From contig CM119263.1 in NCBI GenBank assembly GCA_051294375.1, positions 28,798,188-28,862,187 of the forward strand: a stretch of DNA of 64,000 nt, given 5' to 3'. Of this stretch, positions 11,471 to 41,900 are shown in pieces. The DNA comes from Paraspadella gotoi (taxonomy: Eukaryota; Animalia; Chaetognatha). Numbering within the stretch: the first letter of the stretch is position 1; each line of letters starts with the position of its first letter. The notes under the pieces are model-generated. The model ran no database searches, had not been told where the DNA came from, and worked only from the letters and a program-made list of their open reading frames with translations. The position numbers and the translations under genes were made by a program.

Positions 11471-14400
11471 ATGGCGCGCGACTTCAACCTTTCGACGCGC
11501 CGTTCCGACTTCTCGACGCGCCTCCGCTCGGCCGGCCTCTCCAACGCCTCCAAGACCAAGTCGTCGACGAAAGAGTTGGAGAGAGAGACGAAGGAGATGG
11601 AGTCGCGACTCCAAAGCCTCAAGACGACGCTGGCGTCGGAGAAGGGGGCGTTGGCGGCGCGGACGATTCGCTCGGGCGGTCCTTCTTCCATTTGGAGGAG
11701 CGGAGCGGCCCCTCCTAGAGTCCCCAAAAAGCCCATCGTCGACCCTTCCTCTAAACCTCCCAAGGAAGCCTTCAAGCGCGTCAGGGTGCTACGCGATGAG
11801 CCGCTGCCGAAAGCGGCGCCGGTGGCTACGAAGGAGGAACTCAAGCGGCGTCTTTTCGCGCCGCTCGACGATGCCGGACGAAACGGGGCGCTGCCGTCGA
11901 ATCCATGGGCGGATGACGACGAGATCGGCGACGCAGGCAGTTTCTCCGGCGTCAACGGCGTCCTTGAGGATCCCCTAGCGGCGCCGTCCGTCGTCTCCAA
12001 ATGCGGACAATGTGATCGTAAACGCGCTCATCTCCGCTGCGTCGAATGCGGAGAGGAATACTGCGCCACCTGCTTCGCGTCATTCCACGCTAGAGGCGCT
12101 TTGAAGAAGCATCGCACTGTGCCGATCGCCGCCGGGGATCGAGTAGCGCGTGGCGGAACGCCGATCAGCGCCCGATCGAGGACGCCGCTAAGCACGCGTT
12201 CGCTTTCGACGCCGGAAATTAAAGCGAAGTCGGTTAAGGATCATAAGCCGACGGAGGGCGGAGACGTTGACGGCGGCGGCGGCGGCGGCGGCGGCGTTAG
12301 CGGGAAAACAAAAGGGATTCGGGTCAGTCAGTCATTCGAATCCGATTTCGTAAGCGTCTTTGAGTTCGGTGACGGCGATGCTTACTCAACCGCTGGATCC
12401 GAAAGCGGGGACAGCGGCAGCGGCGGCGGCGGAGCTCTCTGGGGCGTCTACGATGAGTCACAGAACCGGCGCGAGTTCCGAGAGGCGCTGCGGGCGTTTC
12501 GCGGCGAAGCAAAGGCCGAAGAGCCTTTGACGAGCCACTCCAAGACCCCGAACGGCACCTCGAAGCCATCGACCAAAGACTCCAAGCATTCCTCGCTCGG
12601 CGTCGTCGAAAGCGGCACCGGCGACGACATGGAAGCAGCGCCGGCGCAGCAGCCGCTCGCAGCAGAGGATCTCCGCTTCACTTCCAGCATCTCTTACGCG
12701 GAGAGGCTGCTGTTGAAGCAGGGACGTCGCGGCGCTGCGGAGCCGAAGAAGATGGCATTGGAGGAGGCTACGCTCGAAGATAATGTCGGGGAAGACGAGG
12801 ACGATGACGAAGTATTCCAAGGACCGAGAATATCCTTCGACTCAATATTCAACATGGTGAGGTGTTAGGGTCGCCAAAAAAATTAAATAACAAAATGATT
12901 GAATAGATAACTTTTTTTGTTTAAAACTTTGGGACGACTTAATAGTATTAATGATATGATGTATGATTTAATTGTGAAATTTTTATGATATATATGATGT
13001 ATGATATATTATATTGGTTGTACCAATTTCATATCTCATCAGATATATCTGATATATTTTTTAATAGCACCAATTGGTCTTCAAGTGTTTCGTTATATTT
13101 CCTCAATTCCCCCAACAGGTTCGTCAATCCGAAGCCATGAAGCAGAAATGGAACGACGAGACCGAGAGCGTCTACTGCAACAACAACAACAACAACGACG
13201 TCGCCGATCATCCAGTCGTCGCCGCGCCCTCTTTCGTCGACATCCGAGAATTAGAAACAAAAGAAGAGAAGGAAAAGAGAAATTTGGAGATCGAGTTATC
13301 AACGGAACCGATCGTTGAGGCGCCATCACCGATTGTTATGACGCCACCAATAAGAACAACAACGCCACCGTCGCCGAAGATCAACCCTCCCTTGAAGTTC
13401 CAACCCCCCGTCGACGTCGTGGACGAGTTTCTCGATCTTCCCAACTTCAAGAGGGAGCCTTCGACGGGGCATCCCTTGCGCAACGGCTCGTCCACCGACG
13501 CCTCGGACGCCGGGGATCTTCTCTCGAGTCGAACCCGCGCCTCGGCCGCGTCGAGGGAGAGTCTGAGGAGATTCGAGAACCTCGAGCGGCTCGTGGCGGA
13601 AGGGATCGTCGACGGTGTCGCTAGAGAAGATGTCGGCGGGGAAGAGGATCCGGCGAAAGAGGTTTGCTGTAGAGTAAGAGTGTTCCGTGTAACATGCGGG
13701 TTGGATCAATACACTTATTGCCAATAAGTAATATTGGTTTCTTAATGGGATCTGTTCACCTTGGCCAATTATGCAATATATTGACTTGTCGCTTTGGGTC
13801 TTCCGCTTTTCGCTGAATTTATTCCATCATCTCTTAATCTCATAATCTTTTAATACCATAATTATTTAATTACTTAATTAATTGATTATCCCTCCCTCCT
13901 ATAGGTCGACCTAAACTTATCCCTCGACGGACGAAAAGAGTCGAAAGAGAAAAAGAAGAAAAGTTCAAAAAGTTCTTTGACGGCGCCAGAGAAGAAGACG
14001 GCGTCGAATTCAACNNNNNNNNNNAAGTTCTTTGACGGCGTCAGAGAATAAGACGGCGTCGAATTCCACGCCGAGAACGCCGCAGTCAACGCCACTTACC
14101 CCCTCGACGCCCAAGCTTCGCGTCGCCAACGCCCGTCCTCCGTCCATGCAGCGCCGTTGCAGCAGCGCTCTCAAGTCTGGCGCGCCGCTGGAAGGATTCT
14201 TTACGAAGGCGGCGTCGACTGCGTTGAAGGATATCGCCGTCAAGTCGGTTGTCGACGCGCGGAAGTCGACGGCGGGGAATGAGGAGGAGAGGGGTTTCTT
14301 GCTCATAGGCGTCGAACCGGTCGTCGCCAACTCACCCGTCAAGTCTTCCGCCGGATCCTCCGCCTCCAGATCCGCCTCTGGCAAAAAAAACAGCAAGAAT

Positions 14401-15685
14401 CGCTCGGCGTCGATGAGCGGTTCCCGTCGAGGATCTGGCGCCGCCTCGTCCGCCGCCAAATCTGCCGGGAAAAAGTCAAGGGTCAGTTACAAGACTTACC
14501 AAATGTGTCCACGGTCTTGGCGTCCGGGATCGAGTCTTTCCGGCAACGCCGACGCACCCGTCGACCCCGATGCTGATCCTCCGTCCTCGGGGACATTGAC
14601 GCGACCCGCCAGTCGAGCCTACGGCCCTCGTCCGCCCACGCCGGGATCAGGATTCGGGCTCTTCGGCCCCGGCGGCACTCCCGCGGCCCTTAAGACGCCT
14701 CGTAAGTCCTCTGCGACGACGACGACGACGTCGCAGCCTCGAAGACCCGATCGGCGCATCCTCGTCGACGGCGACGACATGTCCGCCTACGACGGCGTCG
14801 ACGACGACGATGACGACGACGAAGCGCTGGAGGGGTTGGAATGGGAGTTGGCTTCGGAGTCGGGGAGAGTCACGGCTGAAGAGAAGATCGGGGCAGAGAG
14901 AGAGGAAGATGAAGGTGAGAAGAGGAGGGAGAATTTAATCAGTCACATCAATTAATTCAGTCAAATCAAATCAATCAATCAATCGCGCATTCCATCAATG
15001 AATCAATCAATCACTCGATCAATGTAATGAATGAATCAAATCAATGAATCAAATCTTTGGAAGCTCAAATCGTTCAGGCAAAAACGACGACGATAACAAA
15101 GACGACAAATACAACGACGAAGACGACGACGAAGTCAGTAGGAATGACCATTCGACCATTGGACCTGAAATAAATTGTTATGGCTGACCTTTTTTCAGCC
15201 AATGTAAATACGTAGTTGTTGTTGTTATTTTTTCCGTTATTGCTTTTTACTCTGTTTTTCATTAATATACGTTTTACTTATCACACAAAAAACACGCTTC
15301 AAGTTTTTCCAAATATTCGTTTTTTAAGTCACCGCAAACAATTTCTCGGTTATTCAATACATCAACCATTTGCCACTGACGTCTAATTTAAACCAACTTC
15401 ATAATTCATTTCAGTTTTAGAAAATATCCATCGCGATTTACTACAAGAACCGCGAACCTTTGTCTTCCAGACTCGATGGAGAAGCTCGACTCACTGGCCG
15501 CAGCATCATCGTCTTCAGCGTCGCTGGAGAAGCTGCGACTCCAGCTCCAGCGCGAACTCTGTTTCCGTGGCAACGACGACGACGACGAGAAAGACGATCG
15601 TCGCAACGACGATGACGACGACGACGAATTCGAAAAGAGAAAGTTTAGGATGGAAGCCGAGAGAGAAGTTATGGAGTTGAAATAA
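11471..15685 (+). CDS. ZBBX: Zinc finger B-box domain-containing protein (ZBBX orthologue)
   Basis: Exons 11471-12856, 13119-13661, 13905-14914 (N gap at 14015-14024) and 15471-15685. B-box [42 protein letters not shown] preceded by a coiled coil ([16 protein letters not shown]) and IWRSG, as in ZBBX. Confidence 0.88.
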
Positions 15686-16504
15686 ATTATAACGTTAGGA
15701 GATATAGTTTAATATACAATTGTAACTTTAACATGTTTTTAATATTTAATCAATAACAATGAATGTTTTAATAAATTTCATTTTTTCAAATTTTTTTTTC
15801 TAGAATATTACGCAGATAAATTAATTAATAGAAATTAATTTTTAAGCTGATAAATGTTTTCCGAATCGAAGCTTATTTCGTCGTCGTTGACTTTTTTATT
15901 ATGCAAAGCTTGATTTTTGATGATTTGTAACAAAATAAAGAATTGCATTAAAAAATAGTTACTAGTTCTTACAGTTAGTCACTTAGTAAATTGGTCTGGA
16001 CTTCCAGGTTATACCAGCCTTCACAATCGCATTACTTAAAACTTTATCCTTCTAAAATTTTGACCAAAAACGATTTCTATAGTCTCCCACAGAATAGCGT
16101 GAGAATTGTATCCCCCTGGTCAGTGGTCACCCTGAGTTCATGCATTACTTAATAACGTTTGCGATTCTAAGTCTAGTATCAAGGTCCCAAAAAGGGAAAC
16201 TTAAACTTACGTCTTAATCGTTGCTACTGACATTTTTAAAAGGGAAAACAGGAGAAAAATAAAGGACAAAGGGGATGAAGTGAAAGTGAGCAGAAGTTTA
16301 AAGAATCAATAACATTGTTTGTCTTTAGTTGAGGGTAGATGATAAAAGTAGAGTTCATTAATCGGTCAGTTTGTTACTTTTAGAACGGTATTGATTTCCC
16401 ATCGCTGGTCTCACTTGCCAATGGCCATACAAATACAAATTCAAACTTAATGCTAGCTATGCTGTTTGCGAATTACAAACTCCATCAAAACAATTTTACT
16501 TCCT

Positions 16505-17207
16505 AGGAGTCTACGTCGTTCTTAGAAATCGAGGAAGACTTTTTCAATGGAGATTTTCGTTAAAATCTGACTACCAAATAATGTCAACGCCCCTGGGAAA
16601 AATTCAGGTAAAAAACAGATGTAAAAACACTCGATTCCGATCCTGTTACATCTGAAGGGCTCGCATTTTTTTTCTCTTGACAAATAACCATCATTTTGAC
16701 ATCAAACCATTCAATTCAAATGGACTGGTCCGCTCGGGAAAATATTTTTGACGCAATTTTTATATATAAAATAAAGGGATTTCTCAACTTCAATACAATG
16801 TCAACGCATTTAAGGTATGTTGTCATTTTACAATAAACTTCGAATTCAGGAATCCGATAGCAATATGTCTGAAGGGCTCTCAAAATTTTTCTTTACATTT
16901 CATTTGGTTATTTTAATATGATACGATCATGTTAAAGTGAATTAGTCCATTTTGGTGAAATTTTTATTTAAAGTAAAAGTAAAGGAGGAGCTAACGATCG
17001 GAGTAACAATCGGAATTCTAAGAGTTTTCAACCGGGAGTCAGATTCGGAAAAAATCTTATATGGCGAAAATCTTCCAAAGAAGGGGTGGATTTTCCGAAG
17101 ATTTTGGTTAATATTTTCTATATTTATGGTCGGATTTTTTTGAAACTTAAAAATAGCAATATTGCCATCATTCTACATTGGCCGGTCAAAGAATATATTA
17201 AAAAAAC
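16505..17207. repeat. Dispersed ~700 bp repeat, copy 2
   Basis: Same orientation as, and collinear with, 918-1640; diverged by scattered substitutions and indels. Confidence 0.8.
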
Positions 17208-17612
17208 CTCTGACTTTTTTCGTCAGAGCTTAGTCCTATACTTCCAATGTATTATGTCTTGCTTTAATTCATAATTTCTTGAGCAGAAATTTTTATCTTT
17301 GATCTGCTTAAATCAGTAATAAATATACATTAATCTCCCTAATGTTTTGTTAAAATCGTTAAAATCGTCGAAACAAAATCGCAGATAGTATTTATTACAA
17401 GGTAAAAAAGAAAAATTCAAGATAAATTGAACACAGTGTAGATTACAAATTAACAAAAAAGAGAAATCCAAGGTTCAGGAACAGACGCGCTTATGAAGGA
17501 CCGCGGTGTCCGTGACAAAACGCGCACATCAGCACCTCAGCCCCTTTCACAATTCAGATGCGTTAAACTCACGACCATAAAATCTCTGTGATCGTGATTG
17601 TGAACGTAATTC

Positions 17613-32412
<14,800 letters not shown>

Positions 32413-32861
32413 GGTGGCGATGGGGGTGGTTGAGACGACGAGGTAGTTTGGAAAGGGGTGGTTTAAACGAAGTGGTCTGGGGAAGGTGGTTGACACAGAT
32501 GGAATGGATGAAATTGTCATGCGTTGTAAAAAGGACTTTTGCAGCGATTTAGTTATCGTTAAGACTTTTAAACAATTCGTTTATTTTGATTTTTAAGTAG
32601 ACCTGAAAAATGAGTTTAGAAAATTTGTGATAGAAATTAATATTTGAATACTTAAAACTGCAGACAATGTTAAGTTACAAAAATGGTCAGAGATTCAAGG
32701 TCCGTCAACCTTAAAAAAGTTGTTAATTATCTTTGAGATCACATTTAACAGAAGATTCTCTTGATTGTATATTGTTCTGTATATATATTATATAAGTTTA
32801 AGAATAAGCGCTATATATTAACACTAAACAATACTGAGACGAAACTAGAGGGATATTCTAC

Positions 32862-33012
32862 GACGAATCAATAGCGATTCCATAGTGAATCAAGAGCGAT
32901 TTGGCTTCTAATCTAGAGCGAAATCTCGGCGAAAACAATTCAATTTAACGGCGAATCTAAAGCGATTCCAGGGCGAATCTAAAGCGATTCCAGGGCGAAT
33001 CTAAAGCGATTT
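32862..33012. repeat. Degenerate ~22-bp tandem repeat (gcgaatctaaagcgattccagg)
   Basis: Three near-perfect units at 32951-33011 plus decayed units to the left. Confidence 0.7.
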
Positions 33013-35106
33013 CGCATTCCCGATTCCCAACTCGTTCAATTTCGCTTTTAACTTTGGGCGATGAAGAGGAGGATGAAATAAATATTCGAGATGATCTTTG
33101 GCGAAGACTTCGGACAAGCGACCCTTTCCCGCGAAGTGCCTGTTAAAGATCGAGAAGTCAATGAGCGGTTGATTGAAGACTGTGTTTAAATTCCCCTTTC
33201 CTGTGAAAGATTAGGAAAAATGTTAAAGATAATCAGTCAATTGAAAAATACAAAGAGCTTAAAAAGAAGTTAACTTATAAAAGTTATTAAAGTACTTGAA
33301 TTCAATTTGCATTTTGTAGCATTCGAATTAGTTTTAAATAAAAATTATTGTTTCGTCCAACTAAGATGTCTGATTGTGTTTTTTATGATCTCTATGTCAT
33401 AGTGAATCATTACAAGGTTAGGTTGCAGTGTTTGGCTTAAAAATGATTTGGTGAAGTGTCCCTAAAATATTTAGATTACATTCTATAAATAAGCGCTGTG
33501 TTAAATATATACAGGCATGTTTTGAACGAGAAAAATGATATATTAAGCCAAATTACAAGAGCTTAGAGCTTTGAACGTTCTTGAATGTTATATATTATAT
33601 TTTTTATATGTATTAGTTCTTAACATTAAAAAATGACGCTGTTATTGATACCGTTACCGATACCATTTTAATCCGTTGTTGACACCCTTACTGTTATTGT
33701 TTTGTGTTCGGATAGCTCATAAAAAGTTGTCTACACATGATAAGTAGGTCAAAAATAAGAAAAACCGTAAAAAATTATCATCATCATCATCTTTCAATGA
33801 TTTTATTAGTTTTTTTAGATTTTTACTGAAAAAACGTAAGAATTTTTAAAAGCTGTAATTATATTTCTTGTTTAACTTTTTATGCTCTATCAGAATCCAT
33901 AAAAAAATTTTAAGATTTCAATTTTCTTTACCTTTTTCTTTATATAGTAATATAATAATTTTAATTAGGCGAGTACCCTCAGAAAAAAGCATTTTTGACA
34001 AAAAATATTTGTATACTATAATCTATGCTCATGATAGATTATTTTAATCCTGTATACATTAGCATTTAAATTTCATCGGCTATGGCTAATATTTCTACCA
34101 TATTCATAACACGAGATACGTCATTTTTTTTATCGGACAGTAACAATGAAAGCCCCAGTTGTACTTTAAGATTTTGTGGATATCAAACTTTGAAACTTTG
34201 TCTCAAATGTTTACTGTTTTTTCTACCACCACGACAACCACCACCACCATAATAACCACAACCACTACAACATCTATAACTGCAATAATATTCATTACAA
34301 CCACAAACATTACAAGATGTACACAAATCTTCTTTAGTTATTAATAAAAATAAATATCATTGTTATCTGTCTCTCTCAGTCGGTCTGTCTCTGTCAGTTG
34401 GTCGGTCAGTCTGTCTCTGACAGTTGATCATTCTCTCTATCAGTTGGTTGGTCGGTTTGTCTCTGTTGGCCGATCTGTCAGTCGGTCAGTCTATGTCGAT
34501 TGGTTAGTCTGTCAATCCGTCTCTCTCAGTCAGTTCGTCAGTCGATCTCTGTTAGTCTGTTTATGTTAGTCTGTATCAGTCCGTTTGTAAAACCGAAGAA
34601 AATAAAAGAGCATTCATTTTTTTTCGTTTTGTCTGGGTATGAGTATCTGATAAACGAACGAATGAAAAAAAAAATAAATAAATGATGAAAATGAAAAACG
34701 AATGAATCAGAATAACAATAAAAAAATGAGAAAAATGGGCAAATATGACCAAAAAATCCGAGGGGGAAACGAGCAATTAGCTTATAAATGAAAAAAAGAA
34801 TGAATGAAAATGAAAAGGAAAATGAAGGAATGAAAAAAAATTAAATAAGAAAAATACACGAATGAAGAGAAAAAGTGAGTCAGCCAATGATTTGATTTCT
34901 CCTAAATCATCGTAGACAGATTCCGTATAACTTCGGTATAACCCTTATTGCACTTTATTCTGCAATTGGATTGAATTTTTTCAAAAAATGTATCGTTTTT
35001 ACTTTGGTTAATTATTAGTTTTAAAAATGAGAATTCGTTCTAGGTCTACCTATGATGTCCCTTTTCTTGGTTGTAAACCATCAAACCCCAATCCATCCAA
35101 ACCCAC

Positions 35107-35298
35107 CTTTTGAAGGTTGTCTCCAATGCCTCGTCGATGGCTGCGTCGGCAACGGCGGACAGACCGCGTTCCGTTTTCCTTCTCTCGCTGTGGAGGATCT
35201 CGCTCAGGACATGCATCTGCAGAGAGAGTGTGCAAAGGCTATATTTTGATCTTTTCTTTCTTTTTTTACTTATCTCTCCTTTCTTAGTACTTTTTCCC

Positions 35299-35390
<92 letters not shown>

Positions 35391-35652
35391 ACCCTATCTT
35401 ACTGCTATCGACTTCCCTATCGTCACCAACCTTCGTCATCAACTCTGTTTTGATCACAAAAAATTAAAAAATCAGTTTGTCTGATTATCACAGAAAAGAT
35501 CACATAAAAAGAGCCAAACGCGTCACGCACGATTTGGCGTGAATAACAAAAAGACGGTGAAAGCCAAAGTTTTAGGTTTCAAAATCACTATTTCACTTCG
35601 TGAAATCTTAGTGAACGGAAGTAGTTGGTTCCGGAGAGAATGAGGAAGAATA

Positions 35653-35740
<88 letters not shown>

Positions 35741-38700
35741 TCTCTACTGCTCCTGACGAGAGCTTCCGAGATTTCTTCTCTTTCCTAAAAAATTCCATCC
35801 GGTCCTTCATCAATTTTCTTTCCTCTCGAATTTCTCCGTTGAGGTAAGTTCGATAAGCGTCTGTGAAATGAGGGTAAGTTAGTTATAAAAATTCCGGAAA
35901 AAGTACATGAGAAAATTAAAACATTTAATAATTATTTCATCTTAACTTAGTATCTTTTATAAAAACAAAGTTCACCGTTTAGCTAACCATTAGCTAATTA
36001 AAATTCGTGATTTACTTTCTTCAAAAGATTCAAGTTTAATTGATTTAATGCATTATATAAAAAGCTTACCCATTCCCTTTCCCTCGACTCTTTAATCACA
36101 TTCGGGTAAGTTTACCGATGTTCCCATCTCCTTTGAACTCACCCTTCCCAGCGTCCATCAACTCTGTCTCCTCCTTAATCAAATCAAGGTAAGTCTTATC
36201 CTTAGGATTCGGCCATCGATCTACTTTGGTCCACTGGACGAGCCTCTCCACGCCCACATCCTCCAAGAGGTCGCCCTTCTCCAACACCCTCGTCAGCAAC
36301 GGACTCTTTCCGCCTAAATTGAAGACGTTTCTGCTGCAGACGACGCCTCCACCGACCGGATGCGACACCAGCGCCGCCAACTCGTTCGTCGACGTCGGTT
36401 TTCGTCGGCGGCGCCGTTGGCGTCGAGTGGCGTCGTCGAGTGGCGTCATTTTTTTCGCTCCGATTTCTCGGTGTCGAACTTTGATCTTTAACGGCGCCTT
36501 TTCCCCGACGCCGGATTTTCTCGGCTTCGGCCGACGCGGACGCGGCGTCGCGTCGACGGCGAATCGAGTCTTCGGTTTCGACGGTGGTCGGTCAGTCGGC
36601 GTCATTTCCGAGAAAACGACTCCCGTGTCGCCTGTCCCGGCGCCTTTTGTTTCCGGCGTCAAATGCGAAGTGACGACGATTAACGGCGTCGTCGGCAACG
36701 ACGCCTTTTGAGGCGAAGACGACGTCGATGGAGGCTGAGGTGGCGCCGCCGATGACCCCGCCGACGCCGGCGTCCTGGACCTCGACGACGCCGACTTACG
36801 AGATGGCGGCGTGGATTTAGGCTCCGGCGTCGCGTGCGGCGGCGGCGGAGGCAGCGGAGGCAGCGGCGGTGACGAGGGCGACGACGACGACCCTGGCGGC
36901 GAAGACTTTGATTCCGGAGCCGAAGATCGACTCTCGCTCGCCTCTACGATCGGAGAAAGACGCCGCGGCGCCGATGATGGAGGTACCGTCGCCCAATGCG
37001 GCGTCGCGGACGGTGGCAGAACGCGTGCGGCGCTCTCTGGAAAGGAAAGTATTATGAGATAATATTTAAGTCATTAACTCAATTAATTATATTCAATATC
37101 TTTAATGTTAACACAGTCCAATCGACTAATCAATCGATCAATCAACTAATCAATCCATAATTGAATCAACTACTCAGTCAATCAATCAATCAATCAAAAA
37201 TCAATCAACTAATCAGTAACCTTATACTAATACTAATACTAATCAACCAATCACTCCAATCACAAAATTCACCCAATAACTTCAATCAATCAATCAATCA
37301 ATCACCGGAATCAACGACGACGAATTTCCCTCGATCTTCTTTCTCCACGATGCTCACGGTTTTCTTCTCTTTGGCGGCGACAGTGGGCGTGACTCCCGCC
37401 GCCGACGCTGCCAACGCCGGCGAGGGTGCTTCCGGCGTCGTTTCCGCCGTCGCCGGTGACGCCGCTTTGGACGTCGCTGCGGATGCCGTGGGGTCTGCAG
37501 CGCCGGCGGCTGCGACTGTCGCGGCTCCGGTGGCGGCTGTTGACGCGGCGCCGGCGAGGCCTTTGGCTTTTTTGGCGGCGGCGCTGCCGCTGAAAATCCG
37601 CTTCATTTTCTTCACGTTTCTCACGAGGCTTCCTGAGGATAAAAAGGTCGGTTTTAGCCTCTGGGGAAAAACAGCCGCAGCAACAGCAAACTTTGTGAAC
37701 ATCATAGTAAACAAACTGCCAGAGCTGCCAAAAATCAGAGTAATTTGCTGAAAAAAGATTTTCTTTCTCCTTGCTGATAAATTTTAATTATATTCATAAG
37801 CAAAATAGCTCCCCGGCGGGGAATCGAACCCCGGTCTCCCGCGTGACAGGCGGGGATACTCACCACTATACTACCGAGGACTTGCGTTTCATCGCGCCTT
37901 TTTTATGCAAAAAAATTAATTTGAATGACTACATAACACAAGAAGCAGTAAAGGAAATCCTCAAGGAAAAACTTATTCCCTCGAGCCGGATTCGAACCAG
38001 CGACCTAAGGATAACTGCTCTAGATCCAACTACAGTCCTCCGCTCTACCAACTGAGCTATCGAGGGATGATGAGAGACGACGAGGACGAAAGGCAACAAA
38101 AACAACAACAACAACCCCCACCCGGTCCTCACCCGCCGACGCCAACGCCCTCTCCCTCTGCTTCAACTTCCGGTCGACCTTGTTGAGGATCTCCGCGACG
38201 GACAACTCCGTCTTCCTTCGCGCCAACTTTGCTCCTTCCTCTTCCTTCTCCTTCATTCTCTTCGCCACGTGAAGGACAGAGACTGGAAGGAGGGCGCTCA
38301 GGTCCCACAGGCGCCACGAGTCCTGGGGGGCAAGGGGGGAGGCGGAGAAAAGGGGGCGTGACAAAAGAGGGGCAGGGGAGTGACAGAGAGGGGAAGGGGC
38401 GTGACAGAGAGGGGAAGGGGAGTGACAGAGAGGGGCAGGGGCGCGACAGCGAAGGACAGGGGAGTGACAGAGACGGGAAGGGGCGTGACAGAGATGGTTA
38501 AGGGATGGTGGATTCAATGGTCAAGGTTGGTCTGTGATTGATCGTATCCGATTCCATTCACGACCAATCACGAATGGGCGATTCCATTCCAACCCGATTC
38601 GGCTCCATTGAAGCTTTTGATTTTTACGAGATGCACTTTTGACCCGTCTTGAGTATCTGATTATCTGAGTATCTGAACTTCAAGGTTTTTATCTAAATTC

Positions 38701-38870
38701 AATTAGCTCATATTAAACTCTAAGTAGACCCATTTCAACCTGACCTGACCCGGAGAGACCTTACCTGAATCGCGGGCCGAATTCCGTTGAACCATTCTTG
38801 AGTCAAGTTGATGATGAAGGAACGAAATTTACTGTCAAACTGTGGGACTGAATCTAAGAAGAAGAAGAAA

Positions 38871-38966
<96 letters not shown>

Positions 38967-41900
38967 TTTAGAAAGACTAGATTTCCAAGAAATCAATCAG
39001 TCAAGCAATTGACCAATCAATTGTAAGAGATGATGAACCTTTTGGTACCTAGTTATATGCCTATCTTATCACAGGTAAACAACCCCCTTATACAATCACT
39101 TCAATCAATCAATCAATCGATCTCTTTCCTAACCCGGAAACGAAATGCAAAACGTGGCGTAGACGGCCTGAGACAAGAGATCCGGATATTCGAAGAGGAA
39201 GACCCTGTTGGCGCGGACTCGAGCTTCCGGGTTGGCGCTGGCGGTCGTGTTGGCGTTGGCGTTGGCGGAGTCGAGGTCATCGGCGTTGGCGGCGGAGTTG
39301 GCGTCGGCAGCGAGGATGTGGGCGAGAGAGGCGTAGTTGGCGGCGACGCGGTCGAAGAGACGAGATTGAAAGAATCTCGAAGGTTGGAAATGATGGAGGA
39401 AGACCCACCAGAAGGAATCCTGAAGGAAGCAAGCAATCAATGAGACAATCAATCCCTCAATTAAACAGCCAGGCAGTAAGCCAGCCAATCAATATAAAAA
39501 CCTATCAATTAATCCCGCAGTTATTCATTAAATCAGCCAATAATCAAACAATCATCGATAAATGAATAAATCAATCAACAAATTAATCTCTCAATCAATC
39601 AATCAATCAATAAATCAGTCTCGCCTGCAGAAGACCGACTGAAGGCTGAGAAAAGAAAGAGAGATCAAAAAATTGAAGTCGATACGAAGGTCGGCGACGA
39701 AGGGAGGCCTGAAGATTGAAGAAAGAGGAAAAGAAAATGGTTTTTAATTGTGCCGCGAGTCACTTTTCGGTCGGTCTGTCGTCTGTCGGTATGTCCGTCG
39801 GTCTGTCCCACTTAGATTACTAAAACTCATAATAGCGGTAGCCGACCGAATTCAAATTTTAATGGGAACAGTATTAACGAATCCATTATTGGTATTAGTT
39901 ATTATGTTAAAATATTTTTTAGCAAAAATGTTCCGAACCATGAGTAATTCGCTAATTAAAATTATTATTTTGCTATTGTATTTTCTCTCTTTTCGTTGCT
40001 AGTGAATATTGATAAAGGTTTAAAGTTTTGCTTCGTAGTATGTGAAAGTTTATTGAGTAACTCTTTTTCGGTCGAAACATGTACTCTTAATAATAAAAAT
40101 TGTTGTATTGGCAAAACATTAAACCTTTATCAATATTTTGCTATATAATAAAAAAATTGGGGGGGATATTTTAAGTTTTTTAATTAATTCTGATAGAGCT
40201 TAAAAAGCTACACAAAAATGTAATTAAAAATTTTTAAATTTTTTTTGTTTTATTACTGAAAATTAGCAAAATCTATTAAAATTATCGGATGATGATAGAG
40301 ATGATTTTTTAAAGTTTTTCCCATTTTTAACCCACTTATCATCAAAATATTTTTTTTTAAATTATGCTTTGTATAGACAACTTTTAAAAATACAAAATTC
40401 AAAAAAGTTTTTTACATTTCCTATCTTTAAATAAATATTAAAAAAAATTACAAGTGCTTCTAGCCATTTTACAAAATTTTAGTCCATTGAAAGTTTTCTC
40501 AGAAATGTATGAAGTTTCATTTGGGAAGGTTCCCAAATCAAACTTCTGACCCACCCCATTGACAAAGTTTGGCTCTACTCATAACTTGCCTATATAGTCG
40601 GTTGCTCATTTGTTAAGACAGTTTAAAAAACCTCAAATCTAAGTAACTGCTAGCGCCGCCTTTAGGAAATCATAAAATTATAAGGAATAAAAGTCACTGC
40701 GTCGTAACACACATTTAAATTTCCTTTCTTTTTTTTTCTTTTTTTTCCTCTTAATTTAGATCTCATTTTGATTTTACATTCCTTGATTTTCTTTCGTTTG
40801 TTTTCATTTATATACAAATACAATTTTACATCTCACAGGTTTTGTTTTTTTTTTTTTTTTTTTTGCTTCGTCTCATTGTTTCTCCGTTTCTCCGTATCTT
40901 CGTTTTACCCACCCCCCCCTCCGCCGCCGGTCCCCCCCACTCACCTGCGCGTCGGCCACCCGCCGCAGCACGGCCGCCGCTGCGATGCCGTGCGGGAGGA
41001 CGTAAAGCACGCCCGGCTTGTCGGACGATCGCGACTATCGTCGAACCCTGGGAAATGATGCATCTCGACGAATTTGGGTCGAAGTCCAGAGGATTTCTCT
41101 TCTTCCAGTTTTTGCGGAGCTGGAAAGAATAATGGGCGATCGTCTTTGTCGTCGTCGGCTTCATGTTTGTCATTGCTGTCGTAATCATTTTCGTAGTCGT
41201 TGTCATCGTTATTGTCGTGGTTAAATTTTCATCTTCATCGTCGTTATCATGCATTGTCGTCGTCGTCTTTATTATCGCAGTCGTCGCTTTTTTAGTCGAA
41301 CGAACTCGTTTCCATCGTTTCTTTCATTGTGCGATGGAATTTTTATTTTTAATTTTTAATTTTTAATCCGTGATACGTAATACGTGACAACACAATGCTA
41401 AGTCCGGAATATTAAGTTACCCCACAGACCCCTAACTCCACAAAGCCTGAATGAAAAAAAACCTTCAAAACCCTAAAACCTTTTGCCACGTGGACGACGT
41501 GCTTGGGCTTCGTCGACGCCCTCGGCATGAAGGCGCACTTGGCCGAGAAGACTCCACCGAAACCATTGAGGAGCCGTTCGTCGTCTCGCTCCAGTCGAAG
41601 TCGCTCCAGCTGGGCCTCGTTCTCCGTCTGGAGCTTCAGGCGGAAATCGTCGTGGCTGGAGCAGAATTAGGATTAAAAAAAAAAGAATTTTTATTTCTTT
41701 AAAGTTTATCTATGTTGCTTGATTGATTGATTGACTTATTGATTGATTGAATGATTGATTGATTGATTGATTGATTGATCGATCGACTGATTAATTGATT
41801 GATTGATTTATTAATTAATAAATCGATTGATCGACCAACCCCGATAACTCGACGACCATTTCGTAACTCTTGATTTCTTCCCCCAAATTTTTGATTCTCC

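Noticed and set aside
13968-14066. ~42-bp duplicated segment within a ZBBX exon
   Set aside because: It flanks a 10-N gap, so a collapsed tandem repeat cannot be distinguished from a scaffolding overlap.
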